Shown here piece after piece: positions 24,549-37,252 of a stretch of 64,000 nt of DNA (its first letter is position 1; each line of letters starts with the position of its first letter). The notes under the pieces are model-generated. The model was not told where the DNA came from. It worked only from the letters and a program-made list of their open reading frames with translations, and ran no database searches. The DNA comes from Felis catus (taxonomy: Eukaryota), in NCBI RefSeq assembly GCF_018350175.1, contig NC_058383.1:5644001-5708000 (forward strand). The letters run 5' to 3'. A program made the translations under genes and the position numbers.

Positions 24549-24665
24549 CTGGGCTGGCGCCCGGCGGGCGGGGTGGCGGCGATCACTCCTCCGCTGCCGG
24601 GCTTAGCGGGCCGGCCCTCCCCCGGCTGCCGGGAGAGCCGGCGGGCAGGAAGCGGCAGTCAGACC
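24549..24665 (-). other. TECPR1: TECPR1 non-coding first exon (5' end approximate)
   Basis: Consensus donor CAG|GTGAGT at 24549/24548 inside the CpG island, just downstream of CCAAT and CRE motifs. Confidence 0.7.
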
Positions 24666-24869
24666 CGCGCCCATTGGCCGGCCTCGCCGTGACGCAAGGC
24701 CGGGCGCACGCGATTGGCTGCGGCGCACCGCATCACAGGCCCGCCTGGGGGTCGCGCGCCCACCCACTTCCGGGGTCGCGGTGGAGTAGGTGAGGCGGCT
24801 GTCGGGTGCGACGAGGTTTCTGCGCGCTGCTGGGAGCGAACCGCGCAGACCCGCAGACCTCAGTCGCCC

Positions 24870-25105
24870 CCAGGACCCCCCCTCCCCCACCGCCGCTCCC
24901 CGAGACCCCCGGCGCTCCCCAGGACCCGGTCCCTCGCTCTTTAGGACCCAGCCCGTCGTACCTCAGGCTCCGGCCCGCCGCCCCTGAGGACCTGCCTGCA
25001 GCCCCCCAGGACCCGGCCCGTCGCTCTTTAGGACCCGGCCGGTGGTACCTCAGACTCCGGCCCGCCTTCCCCAGGACCTGCCCGCCAGCCGCGCGTTCTC
25101 AGGAC
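24870..25105. repeat. Degenerate ~22-bp minisatellite with an 87-bp higher-order duplication
   Basis: AGGACC-type cores at 24921, 24943, 24965, 24987, 25008, 25030, 25052 and 25073. Confidence 0.8.
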
Positions 25106-25774
25106 GTCAGGCGAGGAGGGGGCGGTCAGGAGGGGCCTTGGGGCGGGGGGCGGCACCGTGGTGACCCGAGGCGGCCGGAGAGCCGCGTGCCCGCCTGGGC
25201 CTGGGGCGTGGAGACCGGTGTCTAGGTGAAACGTCCCCTTGAGCACGCAGACCTGCTCAGGAGAAGTCCGCCAAACATGCGATTTTGTGAGTCCGTGGTG
25301 TGGTAGCGGTAACAGGCCACTGCTTTGTTCAGACTCTGCTGTGGCCGGTGACAGAAAAGCCGGCTGCAGGTGTAGCCAACCTAGTAGCGGCTCCGATGTG
25401 AGCGCCGGCCGGGCGCCGGGCGCCGGTGGAGGCGGTGCGCGGGGCCCTCCTCTGGGCCGCTCAGCAGCCGGGAGGTATCCCTGCCGTTAGGACAGAGGTG
25501 AAAAACAAAACAAAAACAAAAAAGGAGCCGTGACTGATGAAAGGCCAAGCACAGCGGGACATACAGGCTGAAACCACATCCCTTGGACCTAGTTTCCCTC
25601 CCCTCTGATTCCTGCTCCTTTCGGAGGATGCACACCAGCTTTCTTCCTGCCGGTGATGGCTGGGGAAGCCCCACGGCCGCCAGCTCTAAAGGCCGAAAAG
25701 CCTTTGATTCATGCTGGATGGTTGTGTGGTCTGGCGTGTAACCTTCACCCTTGCTTAGTCTGGAGATGGGGGTT

Positions 25775-26150
25775 ATTATGAACCGTATGGTTTGGTCCCC
25801 GTAAAATTCAGACCTTAAAGCCCTCATCCCCGGTGGGATGGTATTTGGGGATGAGGTCTTCGGGGGTGTCATTGGGTCGGGAGCAGGGAGCCCCCCTGAA
25901 GAAGATAGCGCCCTTAGAAGAAGAGACACAGAAGAGTTCAGGCCCCTTCCCCTTGTGAGGACACCGTGAGAGGGTGGCACTGCAGGCCGGGAAGCAGGTT
26001 GTCACCAGACGCGAGATCTGCTGCTGCCTTGGTCGTGGACTTGCAGCTCCCAGAACTATGAGAAAGAAACGTTTGTTGTTTAAGCCCCTCCCCCCCCGCC
26101 CAGTCTGTGGGATCTGTGCGATGGCAGCCGTAGCAGGAGCCTTGGTGAGA
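25775..26150 (+). mobile_element. MaLR (MLT1-like) solo LTR
   Basis: Typical MLT motifs: gtgaggacac, ggacttgcagctcccagaact, gttgtttaagcc, atggcagcc. Confidence 0.8.
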
Positions 26151-28332
26151 CACGAGGTACGGCTGGGGGGTTCCAGAGAGGAAAATTAGGGTCCTGTTAG
26201 CAGGAGGATGCGTGGCTGCTAGGCAGCTGAAACAGTAGTCTGGGTGTAGGGAGACTTGTGCTCTCTTCTGTCTGACATTTTGGATCCATTTCTCCTATCT
26301 GGCCTCAGTTTCCACATTGAGAGGCATTGCGCACTCTATGGGCCTTACAGAGCTCCTGTGCCATGACAGGGCCCAGTACCAGTTTTCCTGAGTTCAGGAT
26401 CTGACACAGTGGTCCTTCTGGGGACCCATATTGGCCCCTTCCCCCTCCAGCCCTTTCAGTCCTTTGCGGAGCTGTCTTCCCTTATGGCAGGAGCTGCTAA
26501 TCCTCGTTCCCGCGTCTTCTCGTTTTAACCTTCGTTTCCTGTGACTTCTCTATCCTGACCTTGCCCCTTCTCTCCCGTATCTTGGCTCCATCACTTTACC
26601 GTAGGAGTCACTGGACCTCTGAGCCTGTGTCCTTATCTGTAAAATGGGAATGACAGCACCTGTCTGTTTGGGTTGGAGGGAAGATGAAGTGAGAAGGTGC
26701 ACGTAAAGTGCTTACCGTGGGGTCCGGCACCCAGCGAGCACTCACATGTTATTGGCATTATTGTCGAAGTCTCTGCGTGAGGCACTTGGCCATTTGCATC
26801 ACGTCTCGCATCTTAGAGTTCCAGAAACACTTTTACAAACCACACTGGGCTCGGCAGCATCCCAGATGATTGATGGAGGGCTCCCTTCAGGATGAGGATG
26901 TGACTGTGTCTGTCTCTGATATTTGGGACACCGTGATATGTTTGAGGGAGGGACTTTCTTACTCATATTGGAATTTCCAAGGGCTTAGTGATTGCCTAAC
27001 ACATAGTAGGTATTCAATTTTTATTAAAGGAATGAATATCCCTCCCCCAGTTCCCCAGATAACATGTAAATCATGCACTGAAAAATGTTGGAAGAGCCTG
27101 AGCAAAAAGGGCACAGATTAGCTAGAACGGGCCCGCACATGCCGTTCCTCAATCCATTTCGCCCCCCACCTGCACCAACAACGAATGTGGCTGCCTTGGC
27201 CCTTTCTTAACACGGCTTCCAGGAAGCTCCCTATGTGTTGAATGGGGGTGGTTAGGTTGTTCCTAGGATCCTTCTGATGCCATATCCTTTTGCGAACTAC
27301 TGTTTGATTTTTCCTTTCTCTGTGGAAACTCATTTGCTTGGAGTAAGCTCTTAATCACAAGGGGTTCATGGTACTTTAACTTTAATTCTGCTTATTGCCA
27401 TCCCTCCCTTTGTAAAGCCAAGGAGTCAAATGTCCGGCACTGAGCCCGGTATTCATAAGGCGGGACCCTGGGCAGCCTTCTCCCCGCTCAGCCAGCAGGA
27501 CCCACACTGTACACAGCGCTTTCTTTGTATCTGCTAATTAAGTTAATTTCAACACTTTCGCTTTTCCTTGTGATCCTTACGATGCTAGAGGAAGCAGTTA
27601 AACATGTGGTGTTTCCTCCAGCTCTGACAGAGGAAAACTTGCAGAAACCATCTGTAGAAAAGGGCATGTCCTGAATCCCATGTTTAAATATAGGCAACCG
27701 TGCCTTAAAGTGAGGAAGTCATGTTTTTGTTTCTAAGAGGAAACCCACAGCACCTCTAAAATCTAAAACACAAGCAAACAAACAGTGAGCTCACCCTGGA
27801 AGCCAGTGTTAGTCACTGTCTCAGCTGTCTGATCTCCGCCCGGTTATATAGACTCAGGCAGACATGGCCGAGTCAAACGTTCATTTGACAGCCGTCTTCG
27901 GAGTGCTTACTATGTGTTAGGTTAGTGCCAGCACTCTTGGGGATCCAAATTCGCCAAGAAACCTTTTCCCCCAGAGCTGAAAAGGTCCAGTGGGGGAGAC
28001 GGAACTATGTTAGAAGGCAGGAAGGACTATAAGCCATAGGGGTGTATGTGAATTGTGTATATAAAGGCAGTTAATTAAAGATAAGGTCAGTGGTAAAGTA
28101 CAAGGGTCAGGAGTAGACAAAGAAAACCCGGGTTCATTTGCTTAAGATTAACTATGCTCCAGGAAGCAAAATAAGGCTTGGGCTCATACCTTTAAGACCA
28201 ATAGGCATACGGGTCTCTGTTTTATCTCGTGGGCCAGAAGCTTCTCACATAGGACTTACTTTGTACTTCCTTTATGCATCATTCTGCGCTGGACCATGTG
28301 ATGGCTACTGGTTGACAGTTGTTTGAAGAACT

Positions 28333-28445
28333 TTTTTTTTTTTTTTTTTTTTTTTAAGTAATCTCTATACCCAACTTGGGGCTCAAACTCACAACCCCAA
28401 GATCTCGAGCTGCGTGCTGCACCATCTGAGCCAGCTGGGTGCCCC
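28333..28445 (-). mobile_element. Short CAN-SINE
   Basis: Poly-T followed by a reverse tRNA-like head. Confidence 0.8.
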
Positions 28446-28979
28446 AGGAACTTCTGATGGCAGTAAACTCACACAGAATGTTCAAAACCAAACCATAATC
28501 TGTGTTACACTTGTACATAAAAGAAACCTACTGTATTTTTGAGTCCAGAAATATGTGTCAAATAAGCCACTTGTGCCTAAAATGCCTTTCATTGTGTTTT
28601 ACAATCATTTACACAAATGGGGTTTATTATTAACCTTCCCTGGAGTGATGTTTCCTGTCTCAAACCCATCAGCTCTCTTTCCAGCACAGAAGTGGAGCTC
28701 TGCTGACTGCTGCCACAGGTGGGATCTGCTCTGGGTGGGGACTGACGACGCACCTCCCGGCCTCAGCTCCGCCCAGCTTTCCCAGGCGGGCAGTGCCCAA
28801 GGTTGGGGGCCACCCAGCCACCAGGTGTGAAAGCCAGACCCAGACCTGCTCTTCTGAGGCATTCTCGTGTGCTTCTCTGTACCTCTCCAAGGGCCAGTAG
28901 TCCCTACTGGCTAGAAGTAGAATTATCTGCTGCTAACTGACTCCGAGAAGAAAAGCTTAAGAAAATTTTCAGACACTTA

Positions 28980-29165
28980 AAAAAAAAATTTTTTTTTAAT
29001 GTTTATTTATTTTCTGAGAGAGAAGGAGACACAGAATCCAAAGCAGGTTCCATGCTCCGAGCTGTCAGCACAGAGCCCAACATGGGGCTCAAACCCATGA
29101 ATGGTGAGATCATGACCTGAGCCGAACTCAGATGCTTAATTGACTGTGCTACCCAGGTGCCCCCA
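28980..29165 (-). mobile_element. CAN-SINE
   Basis: Reverse SINE, TSD cagaca. Confidence 0.88.
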
Positions 29166-29229
29166 GACATTTTTTGAGAGTAAGGGGGATGCTCACTGGA
29201 GGAGATGCTAGGACAGGAGTCATAAACCT

Positions 29230-30280
29230 AGACATACGGCCACTCTAATTACAGATCTAATGTGAAAAACAGAACTTATTGAAGATAATACAAGAAAATA
29301 TTAATGATCTTGATCTAAGGAAGGATTTCTACAAAAAAGGTATAAAAAGCACCAACTGTAAAGGAAAATATTGATACATTCAACTACTCTCAAGTCAAGA
29401 ACTTCCCTTTACCAAGACACCATTAAAGGGGTCAAAAAGCATGTCCCAGAGCAGAAGGTATTTGCAAATGTGTAACCAACAGAGGGCTAGGATCCAGAAT
29501 ATAGAAAGAGCTCCTGCCAACCAGCAAGAAAAAGACAAACGTCTAGATTGGGAAAAGGTAAGGGACCTGAAAAGGCACTTAAAAGAGGAAATACAAACGG
29601 CTAATAAGCTTATGAAAAAGTACTGAGCAGGGGAATACAAATTGAACCCACAAGGAGACGCCTACCATATAGGCCAGGTGGAAGTATAGGTTGGTGCCGT
29701 CACTGGGGAGGTCGGTCTGACATTGTCTAGCAAACCTGAAGATAGGCATGCCCTGTGGTCCGTAGTGCCTTTGCTAATACCCACACCAGCAGCACATACG
29801 AGAACGTTCTCAGCAGCACCGTTTCTCACGGCCCGCGGTATCCATCAGCAGTAGGACAGATAAATGAATGTGACATAGTCCTACAGTGGAATATCACCGG
29901 TAACAAAGAATGAATGAAGTACAGCCAGATGCAACAACGTGGATGAGTCTTGAACATATGGTGAATAAAAAAAAAGCCAGACTCAGACCCAGAGGAGTAC
30001 ATACGAGCTCTTTTATATGTGAAGTTCAGAAATAGGCAAGAATTTAATTATAATGTTTGAGGATATGTGTTTATGGTAAAAATACAAAGATAAGCGGTTA
30101 CCATAACGTTACCATAAAAACCAGGATGTGGATGCCTTTGGAGCACCACAGGGACCTGCTGAGGCTTTCAGAATCCTGCCAGTGTTTCAGTTCTTGACCT
30201 GGGCCGTGGTTACACAAGTTTTGCTTTATGATAATGCACAACACATATGCCTCAGTCTTCTCTGTTATATTTTGCAATAT
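29230..30280 (+). mobile_element. Old LINE-1 3' fragment
   Basis: A-rich, degenerate L1 ORF2 end (atccagaatatagaaagagctc..., gcaacaacgtggatgagtctt...). Confidence 0.75.
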
Positions 30281-30287
30281 AAAGAGG

Positions 30288-30533
30288 TTTTTTTATTTAT
30301 TTTATTTATTTATTTTTTAATTTTTTTTTTCAACGTTTATTTATTTTTGGGACAGAGAGAGACAGAGCATGAACGGGGGAGGGGCAGAGAGAGAGGGAGA
30401 CACAGAATCGGAAACAGGCTCCAGGCTCTGAGCCATCAGCCCGGAGCCCGACGCGGGGCTCGAATTCACGGACCGCGAGATCGTGACCTGGCTGAAGTCG
30501 GACGCTTAACCGACTGCGCCACCCAGGTGCCCC
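30288..30533 (-). mobile_element. Young felid SINEC
   Basis: CpG-intact, near-consensus body; exact TSD taaagaggttttttt. Confidence 0.93.
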
Positions 30534-30852
30534 TAAAGAGGTTTTTTTAAAAGGACGCATGGTAAAAGCAACTGTGCTAGCTTTATATGAATGAGATAAC
30601 TTACCAGTGACAGCACCACGCGGGATGTTTTTAAATGTCATAGTTTGAACGGTCCAGAAAAAAAGACAAGATGATGTGCCCTGGAAATCTGTCCGAGAGC
30701 TCAGAGTGAGCCCTGGCATGATGGTGACACCGTGGTGATAGCAGCATGAAAAGAAGTTTGAGTCACCTCCAGAAAAGTAAGAGTAAAAAACATTTAAAAA
30801 AATATTTCTTACGTGCATCTGGGATTTGAAACGTGTACATAAAATCAAGTTA

Positions 30853-31316
30853 AGGGGTGCCTGGGTGGCTCAGTCTGTTAAGCGTCCAACTCTTGATTTC
30901 AGCTCAGGTCATGATCTCACTGTGGGATCAAGCCCCAAGTCAGGCTCCATGCTGGGATTCTCTCTTGTCCTCTCTCTCTGCCCCTCCCTGGCTTGTGCTC
31001 TTGGTCTCAAAGTAAATATAGACTTAAAAAAAAAAAAAAAAAACAGCTTAATAAATGTTGTAAATTGACATCCATTTCATTTTTCTCAAAAAGTTGAGCC
31101 CAAGTTAGCCACATCTTTTTTTTTAATAGTTTATTTATTTATTTATTTAGAAGGGGGGAGGAGCAGAGAGAGACGGGGAGAGAGAGAATCCCAAGCAGGC
31201 TCTGCACTGTCAGTGCACAGCCCAACCCAGGGCTTGATTCCACGAACCGTGAGACCATGCCCTGAGTCAAGATCAAGAGTCAGACACTTAACCGACTGAG
31301 CCATCCAGGCGCCCCC
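30853..31316. mobile_element. Two CAN-SINEs, tail to tail (+ at about 30853-31043, - at about 31116-31316)
   Basis: SINE heads and tails in opposite orientations. Confidence 0.88.
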
Positions 31317-32261
31317 AGCCGCACCTTTTGTGGGAGCTTCCCTGCGGGAAAGGAGAGCAGAGTCTGTGTTGGGACAGTCCCGGTAGCTGTTACCGGCCCC
31401 ATTGGACAGAGCGTGAAGGCATGGAGATCAAGTAATTTGCCAACGTTCACGCAGCTAATTCTCAGCGTTCTTGGGCTGCAGAGAAAAAGCGGAAGGGAGT
31501 CTGCTGCAGTGGGTATCCTGTGCAACAGCAGGCTGGGAAGACAGGTTCAGCGAACAGCAGGAACAAGGCCCCTGAGAGCCCAGATCACCGTGCACGTCTT
31601 GCCGCAGCGACAGCCTGACAAGGGTGGGGGCGTCGATACTGTTGGCCGTTGCCCCAGCGCCACCCGCCTTCACTGAGCTCTGGATCCCGGATGCTGGTGC
31701 CGCTGCCGCCACAGGTGGAGTGCATTCCAGTCCGTCTGTCCTTTTTGTCACTCACACAGACCCAAAGTCCCAGGCTCAAGCGTTCAGTTAGCCAGCACCA
31801 AAAAGTCCTTTGTCTGTGTCTTAGGGAGTTGGCTTTTGAGGGAGCAAGGATCACACCTTTTAGTGCCCCTATTGATTTCCAGATCTTCCAGGCAACAGAA
31901 GGGAGTTCACACACTCAGCAGTCAAAAATTGTCACTTTTAGAGGCAATCAGTAGCAGGGCTCAGCCTGGTGCCCAGGACTACATGAATTTCCACTGTCCC
32001 TTCTGTGTTGCTTTGGACCCAGGGGTTGAGACAGGTGGAAAACACCACTCACCAGCAGCAGTGTCCTCACCCCCTTGTGCAGCTGCTGGCATCGGATCCC
32101 AGGTGAACAGAAGGCTCTCCCGGCTGTGCTGGAGTGGGGGCTGCAGGTGGGAACCTGCCGAGGTCACCCACACGAGTCAGTTCCAACAGCATCTTCAGTG
32201 ACTTTCAAGCCTGTTTACTGGCTTGGACAATGTGGGTACAGGTACAAAAAGAAACACTCCA

Positions 32262-32470
32262 GGGGCCCCTGGGTGTCTCAGTTAAGCATCTGACTTTGGC
32301 TTAGGTCATGATCTCGTGGTCCGTGGGATCGAGCCCCGTGTCGGGCTCTGTGCTGACAGCTTGGAGCCTGGAGCCTGCTTCAGATTCTGTGTCTCCGTCT
32401 CTCTCTGCCCCTCCCCTGCTCATGCTCTCTCTCTAAGAAATAAATAAACATTTAAAACTTTTTTTAAAAA
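32262..32470 (+). mobile_element. CAN-SINE
   Basis: Head, CT tract, A tail, TSD aaaaagaaa(c/t)actc. Confidence 0.9.
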
Positions 32471-33591
32471 AGAAATACTCTAGGCTCCTGCTCTAAAGAA
32501 CCTGTAGTCTAATTTTGTAAAACATCAGCTGTATGTTACTGCTGCCTTTAATGTAAGATCCTTAATACAGAATTCCTGAATTCCTCTCTCTGGTCCCCTA
32601 TTGTATTTTCAAGTATATGTTTTAAGGGTGAAGTGATCTATGATCTCTTCCCAGTTTATATTTTGCAGTTATTGTCACTCTTTATTCCTAAAAGATGAAG
32701 ATCGTCAGTTAAACGAAGCTTTAGAGTATGAACTTTGGGTTGTTTGACAAGCTCCTTCGCTGCCTGGCATAGTTCTTCAGGCATTGTAGGTGCTCAGTAT
32801 ATGCTGGAGAGTGGTGGGGGGGGGGGCAGGTAGTGGAAGTGATTTGGAGAAATAAGAGAGAACGAGAATGAATTTGATTTAGGTATGGAGGGGCCTCCAT
32901 AAGGCACCTAGTATGTCTCCTGAAATGAAATCAAGAACAATTTTATAAAGGGAGATTTCTCTAGAAACCACAAAGGACCAGGGAAGAGACCGGAGCAGGG
33001 CAGGATCCTGGACCAGGGCCTCTGGACAGCCAAAAAGGAAGGCAAGCTGGCCCTGAAACCATTCGTGACGTCTCAGCCCGGATGGAAAGGAGTGAGGTGG
33101 ACAGTTGTGTGCCTGAGACAGGCCGCTGTAAGGGCCCAGAGCTCTGTCTTTCCGTGACCAAGGACGACCCTGGGGCCTGGGGAGGTCACACTGCCCAGAG
33201 CCAGCGGGGATTCACCCCTCAGGCACTTGGCCCCAGGGCCTGTGTTCTTCATCCCTGCTCTCTACTGCCTCTCAGCAGTTTTCGGACTTCTCTCCTGGGG
33301 AGGCATCTTAGAGGCCTGAGGAAAGGAGTGAGGACGTGAGTCCATCGCACGGTGGGAACGTCAAGTGCAACAACTCAGGACCAGCCAGGAGGCAGGGTGG
33401 CCGGAGCCCAGGGAGACGTGAGGCTGAGTAACAGTGAGCTGGGGGAGCCTAGGAGGAGAGGGCCTTTGGGGTTACGGCGCGGCCAGGCACTTGCGATGAA
33501 ACACCTCTGGAAGGTTACCATGAGGCGAGGGTTGTAAGTGCGGCAGACCGGTGATAGATTCTGTCTCAGGTCCACTGCTTTCATTAAGTAG

Positions 33592-34460
33592 GTGTGGCAG
33601 ACAGACCCCAGAGTGGCTGTCTGACCTCTGCCCCCTCTAGAGTCTCCCGTCCCCCCCCCCCGCCCCCTCCCCCCACCACCTTGAATGTGGGCTGGCCTGT
33701 GACTCTTCTGGCTAGTAGATGTGGGGATTGGCAGATGGGATTAAAGTCCCGAGTCAGTTGATTTTGAGTGAATTGGAAAGGATTGTCCTGAGTGAGCTTG
33801 GGTTAATTAGATAAAAGCCTTTTTAAGAGGGACTTGGTCTTTTCTGAGGCTAGAAACTCTCTCCTGCTGCCCTTGCAGATGCAAACAGCCATGTTGTGAA
33901 TGACCTCTGGGGAGGGCCACGTGCCAGCGGACCTCAGGCAGCCTTTAGGGTCTGAGGGCGGCCAACAGCCAGCAAGAAGCCGGGTCTCTCAGGGGCGCCT
34001 GGGTGGCTCAGTAGGTTAAGCATCCGACTTCAGCTCAGGTATGATCTCAGGGTTCGTGAGTTCAAGTCCCGGGTTGGGCTCTGTGCTGACAGTTCAGAGC
34101 CTGGAGCCTGCTTTGGATTCTGTGTGTCTCTGCCCCTCCCCTTCTCGTGTCTTGTCTCTTTCTCGCTCAAAAGTAAATGAACATTAAAAAATAAAGAAGT
34201 TGGGGTCCTCAGTCACCAGCTGCAAGGAAATGAATCTAGCCAACAGTTTGAGTGGGCCAGGCAATGAATTCTTCCCCTCAGCTTTGAGGGGAGGATACAG
34301 CCTGGTGACACCTTGGTTGTGGGCTTGTGAGACCCCGAGCAGAAGACCCGGCCGAGCCCGTCCCGAGCTCCTGACCAGGACACCATGAGATGATAAATGT
34401 GTGGTGTTTTAAGCCGCTAAATCTGTGGTGCTTTGTCGTGTAGCATAGCACACGAGTACA
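33592..34460 (+). mobile_element. MaLR (MLT1-like) LTR interrupted by a SINE at about 33992-34195
   Basis: tgtggcag start, aaacagccatgttgtgaa, gcaaggaaatgaat, gtgttttaagccgctaa; nested SINE with diverged target-site duplication (TSD). Confidence 0.7.
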
Positions 34461-34949
34461 GTAGGAGATTCTTAACATTACATATATATGTGTGTTGTTT
34501 TCCCCCTGATTATAAAGCAACCCTTGGCACTTGTTTCTGTCATTGTAAGTAGAAACTGGTAAATGCTGGGGACCAAGGAACAAAGCCCCAGAAAAAGCAG
34601 GAACCATTGGTGCTGGTGACTATTCACGAGTAAGGGCAGGTGCGCGCCCCAGAGCTCACACACAAAAGCCGGCAGTGAGCAGGCTTCGCAGAGTGCTCCC
34701 GGGGAGGTAGTCCATCACCCGAGTGCCCTGAAGACATCACGTGAGGATTTGATCCTTCATTTCTGGACAATAAAATTTCTAGGGGCCTTGCTAATTTTAA
34801 TACGATGCAAATAAGGCAAACGTAAATTGTTAATAATGCTAACAGATGAAGTCACTATTTTGTAGTGACAGGACTAGGTTAATGAATCATAAAAAGCCAA
34901 AGGTGGGTTTTGGAATACCACCCAGCAAGACTTTAAGAATGCATTGTTT

Positions 34950-35074
34950 TGGGGCACGTGGGCGGCTCAGTCAGTTGAGTGTCTCTTAATTTTGGCTCAG
35001 GTCGTGATCTCGCAGTTCATTGGTTCGAGCCCCACATCGGGCTCTGTGCTGGCTGCTGATAACCTGCTTGGGAT

Positions 35075-35128
<54 letters not shown>

Positions 35129-35340
35129 CCCCTCCCCTACTCACACTCTCTCTAAAAATAAATTTAAAAAAAAGTGGGGGGGGGCACCTGGGTGGCTTAG
35201 TCAGTTGAGCGTCTGACTCTTAATTTTTGATTTTGGCTCAGGTCATGATCCCAAGGGTCATGGGATCAAGCCTCGCATTGGGCTTTGCTCTGAGCATAAA
35301 TTCTCTCTAAAAAAATAATAATTAAAAATAAAATAAAAAT
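34950..35340 (+). mobile_element. Two tandem CAN-SINEs with a long (CT)n
   Basis: Two heads (about 34950 and 35180); flanking aatgcattgtttt duplication. Confidence 0.85.
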
Positions 35341-35699
35341 GCATTGTTTTAGGGGAGACATAAGGTTACAAAGGACTAAAACCCGTGTGAAGGGTGTGGG
35401 TTATCTGAATCTGGCCAACACAACAAATGACATTTCTATAAAGCAACTTTAGTCTGATGGCCTAGTTCCAGCCCTCGACAAGAATCCATCTGTAACCAAA
35501 ATGTCTTAACTCAGCTGGTTTGAGATGGAATTGTTTTTCTCTGGGGCCTTTAACCCTGGTAAGATATCAAAATAAATATAGCTGTAACCCTAAAATGACA
35601 TTTTTTTTAAAAATAAAGGAAATCATGAAGATGATATTGATGATTTTTTATTTGTTTTGAAATTGAAATTCAAATATAAATTTGAAATTTATTATTTAT

Positions 35700-35765
35700 T
35701 GATTTTTTTAAAGGTTTATTTTTTATTTATTTTGAAAGAGAGCATGCGCGTGCAAGTAGGGGAGG

Positions 35766-35805
<40 letters not shown>

Positions 35806-35925
35806 CCCAAGCAGGCTCTACGCTGCCAGCCTAGAGCCCAACGTGGGGCTCGAACTCCTGAACCATGAGATCATGACCTGAGTGGAGATAAGAGACGCTT
35901 AACCAACTGAGCCATCCAGGCACCC
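35700..35925 (-). mobile_element. CAN-SINE with (GA)n
   Basis: Reverse SINE. Confidence 0.9.
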
Positions 35926-37044
35926 TTGTAATTGCTTTTTAGATATAGAAAAAAAGAGAAAGATTTGTAAAATTTCATTCATAAGAGCTTAAAATTGAGC
36001 ATTAAAAGTACAGGGGGTGTGGGTGTCGTCTCGTGCCAGGCACTCTGGGACAGGAACCTCGTCAACAAGGGAAGGGATCTAGGTTCCGGAATCTGAGTGT
36101 GGAACCTGGCCTTCCAACACACAGGGACGTTTATTCTCTTGTAGTAAGAGGATGGAGATCAATCACGGGCATCTCCGTGGAGATGCAAAGATCTCCAAGT
36201 GAAAAAAGCAAATTGCACAACAAAATATTGAGTGTCCACGAGAGGGAAAAGTCAACCCTAGTGAAATCACATATGCGTGTTAACTAGTGGGAAGGGAAGG
36301 GATGATGAGATTCTCCCTAAGCCCTCCATGTGATGCCTGTGGGGGCAGAGGCACTGTCCTTTTCTTCACCTGATGTCAGTGCTTGATGTGCAGATGCCCG
36401 TGCAGGGTCCCGGGCAGCACCCGGTGCTCAGGGCCAGTGGCCACATTCTGCTGCTGGACGCTACCCCGGTGCCACACGCTGCCTCAGCCACCTCTCACAA
36501 AAACCTGATGAAGTCGTTATTACCCCATTTTACAGGTGAGGAAGCTGAGTCATAGGTGGGCTCCTAGTTAGTAGGTCAAGGAAATGGAGGCCTACAATCC
36601 GACCGCTTGACCTCCCGGAGCCTGTGTGCTCAATCAGAAAACCGCAGGAGAGCGCCCTGCCTCCCTGATTCTCTAGCTGGGGAGGACGACCCGTAGGAAA
36701 CAATACCAGTCAGCTCAGGTTCCCAGGAAAACATGCCATATTGGTGAAGTGGGGGCTCAGAGGAGGGAGGAAAGACCCCATGTGGGGAGTGCTTCCCACA
36801 GGGCCATGAGGTCTCGGACGATACACCGAAGAGCTGGGGTTTTATGCTGCAGGTGGTGGGGAGCCATTGAAGGTTTTAAGCAAGGGGAGCTATTACATGC
36901 TGCTGAGCACAGTGGCTCCCAAGGGTGATTCTTTCGTGCTTGGTATGAGGGGTGCAGAGGGAGTGGAGGCAGGGACCCCCTAGGGAGGCTTCCAGGTGAC
37001 AGAGGCCAGGACCAGTAACCATGAGCTGGACAAGAAGGTTGTGT

Positions 37045-37252
37045 AGCCTGTGTGTGTGTGTGTAGAGAGAGAGTGAGCAGGGGAGGGGCAGAGAGAGAAG
37101 GAAAGAGAGAGGGAGAGAATCCATGCAGGCTCCACACTGCACTCTGTCCGTGCAGAGCCTGATGTGGGGCTCGAGCTCACCAACCGTGATATCATGACCT
37201 GAGCCAAAATCAAGAATCGGATGCTTAACCGACCAGGCCACCCAGATGCCCC
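37045..37252 (-). mobile_element. CAN-SINE
   Basis: Reverse SINE, TSD-like aggtt(g/a)tgtagcct. Confidence 0.88.

Larger units (their letters stand above)
24330..25490. promoter_or_regulatory. TECPR1 CpG-island promoter, probably bidirectional
   Basis: Dense CpG. ATTGG (CCAAT on minus) at about 24673 and 24713, TGACGC CRE-like site at about 24690, ETS-like CACTTCCGG at about 24765. No clear TATA box. Confidence 0.85.

Noticed and set aside
24870..25105. Repeat-spacer-like periodicity (also 5934-5978) suggestive of CRISPR
   Set aside because: Mammalian context, degenerate short units, no unique spacers of CRISPR length and no cas genes.
30128..31068. ORFs containing GAWVAQSVKRPT or GAPGWLSRLSV motifs (also at about 35, 41, 54 and 63 kb)
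   Set aside because: Translations of CAN-SINE sequence.
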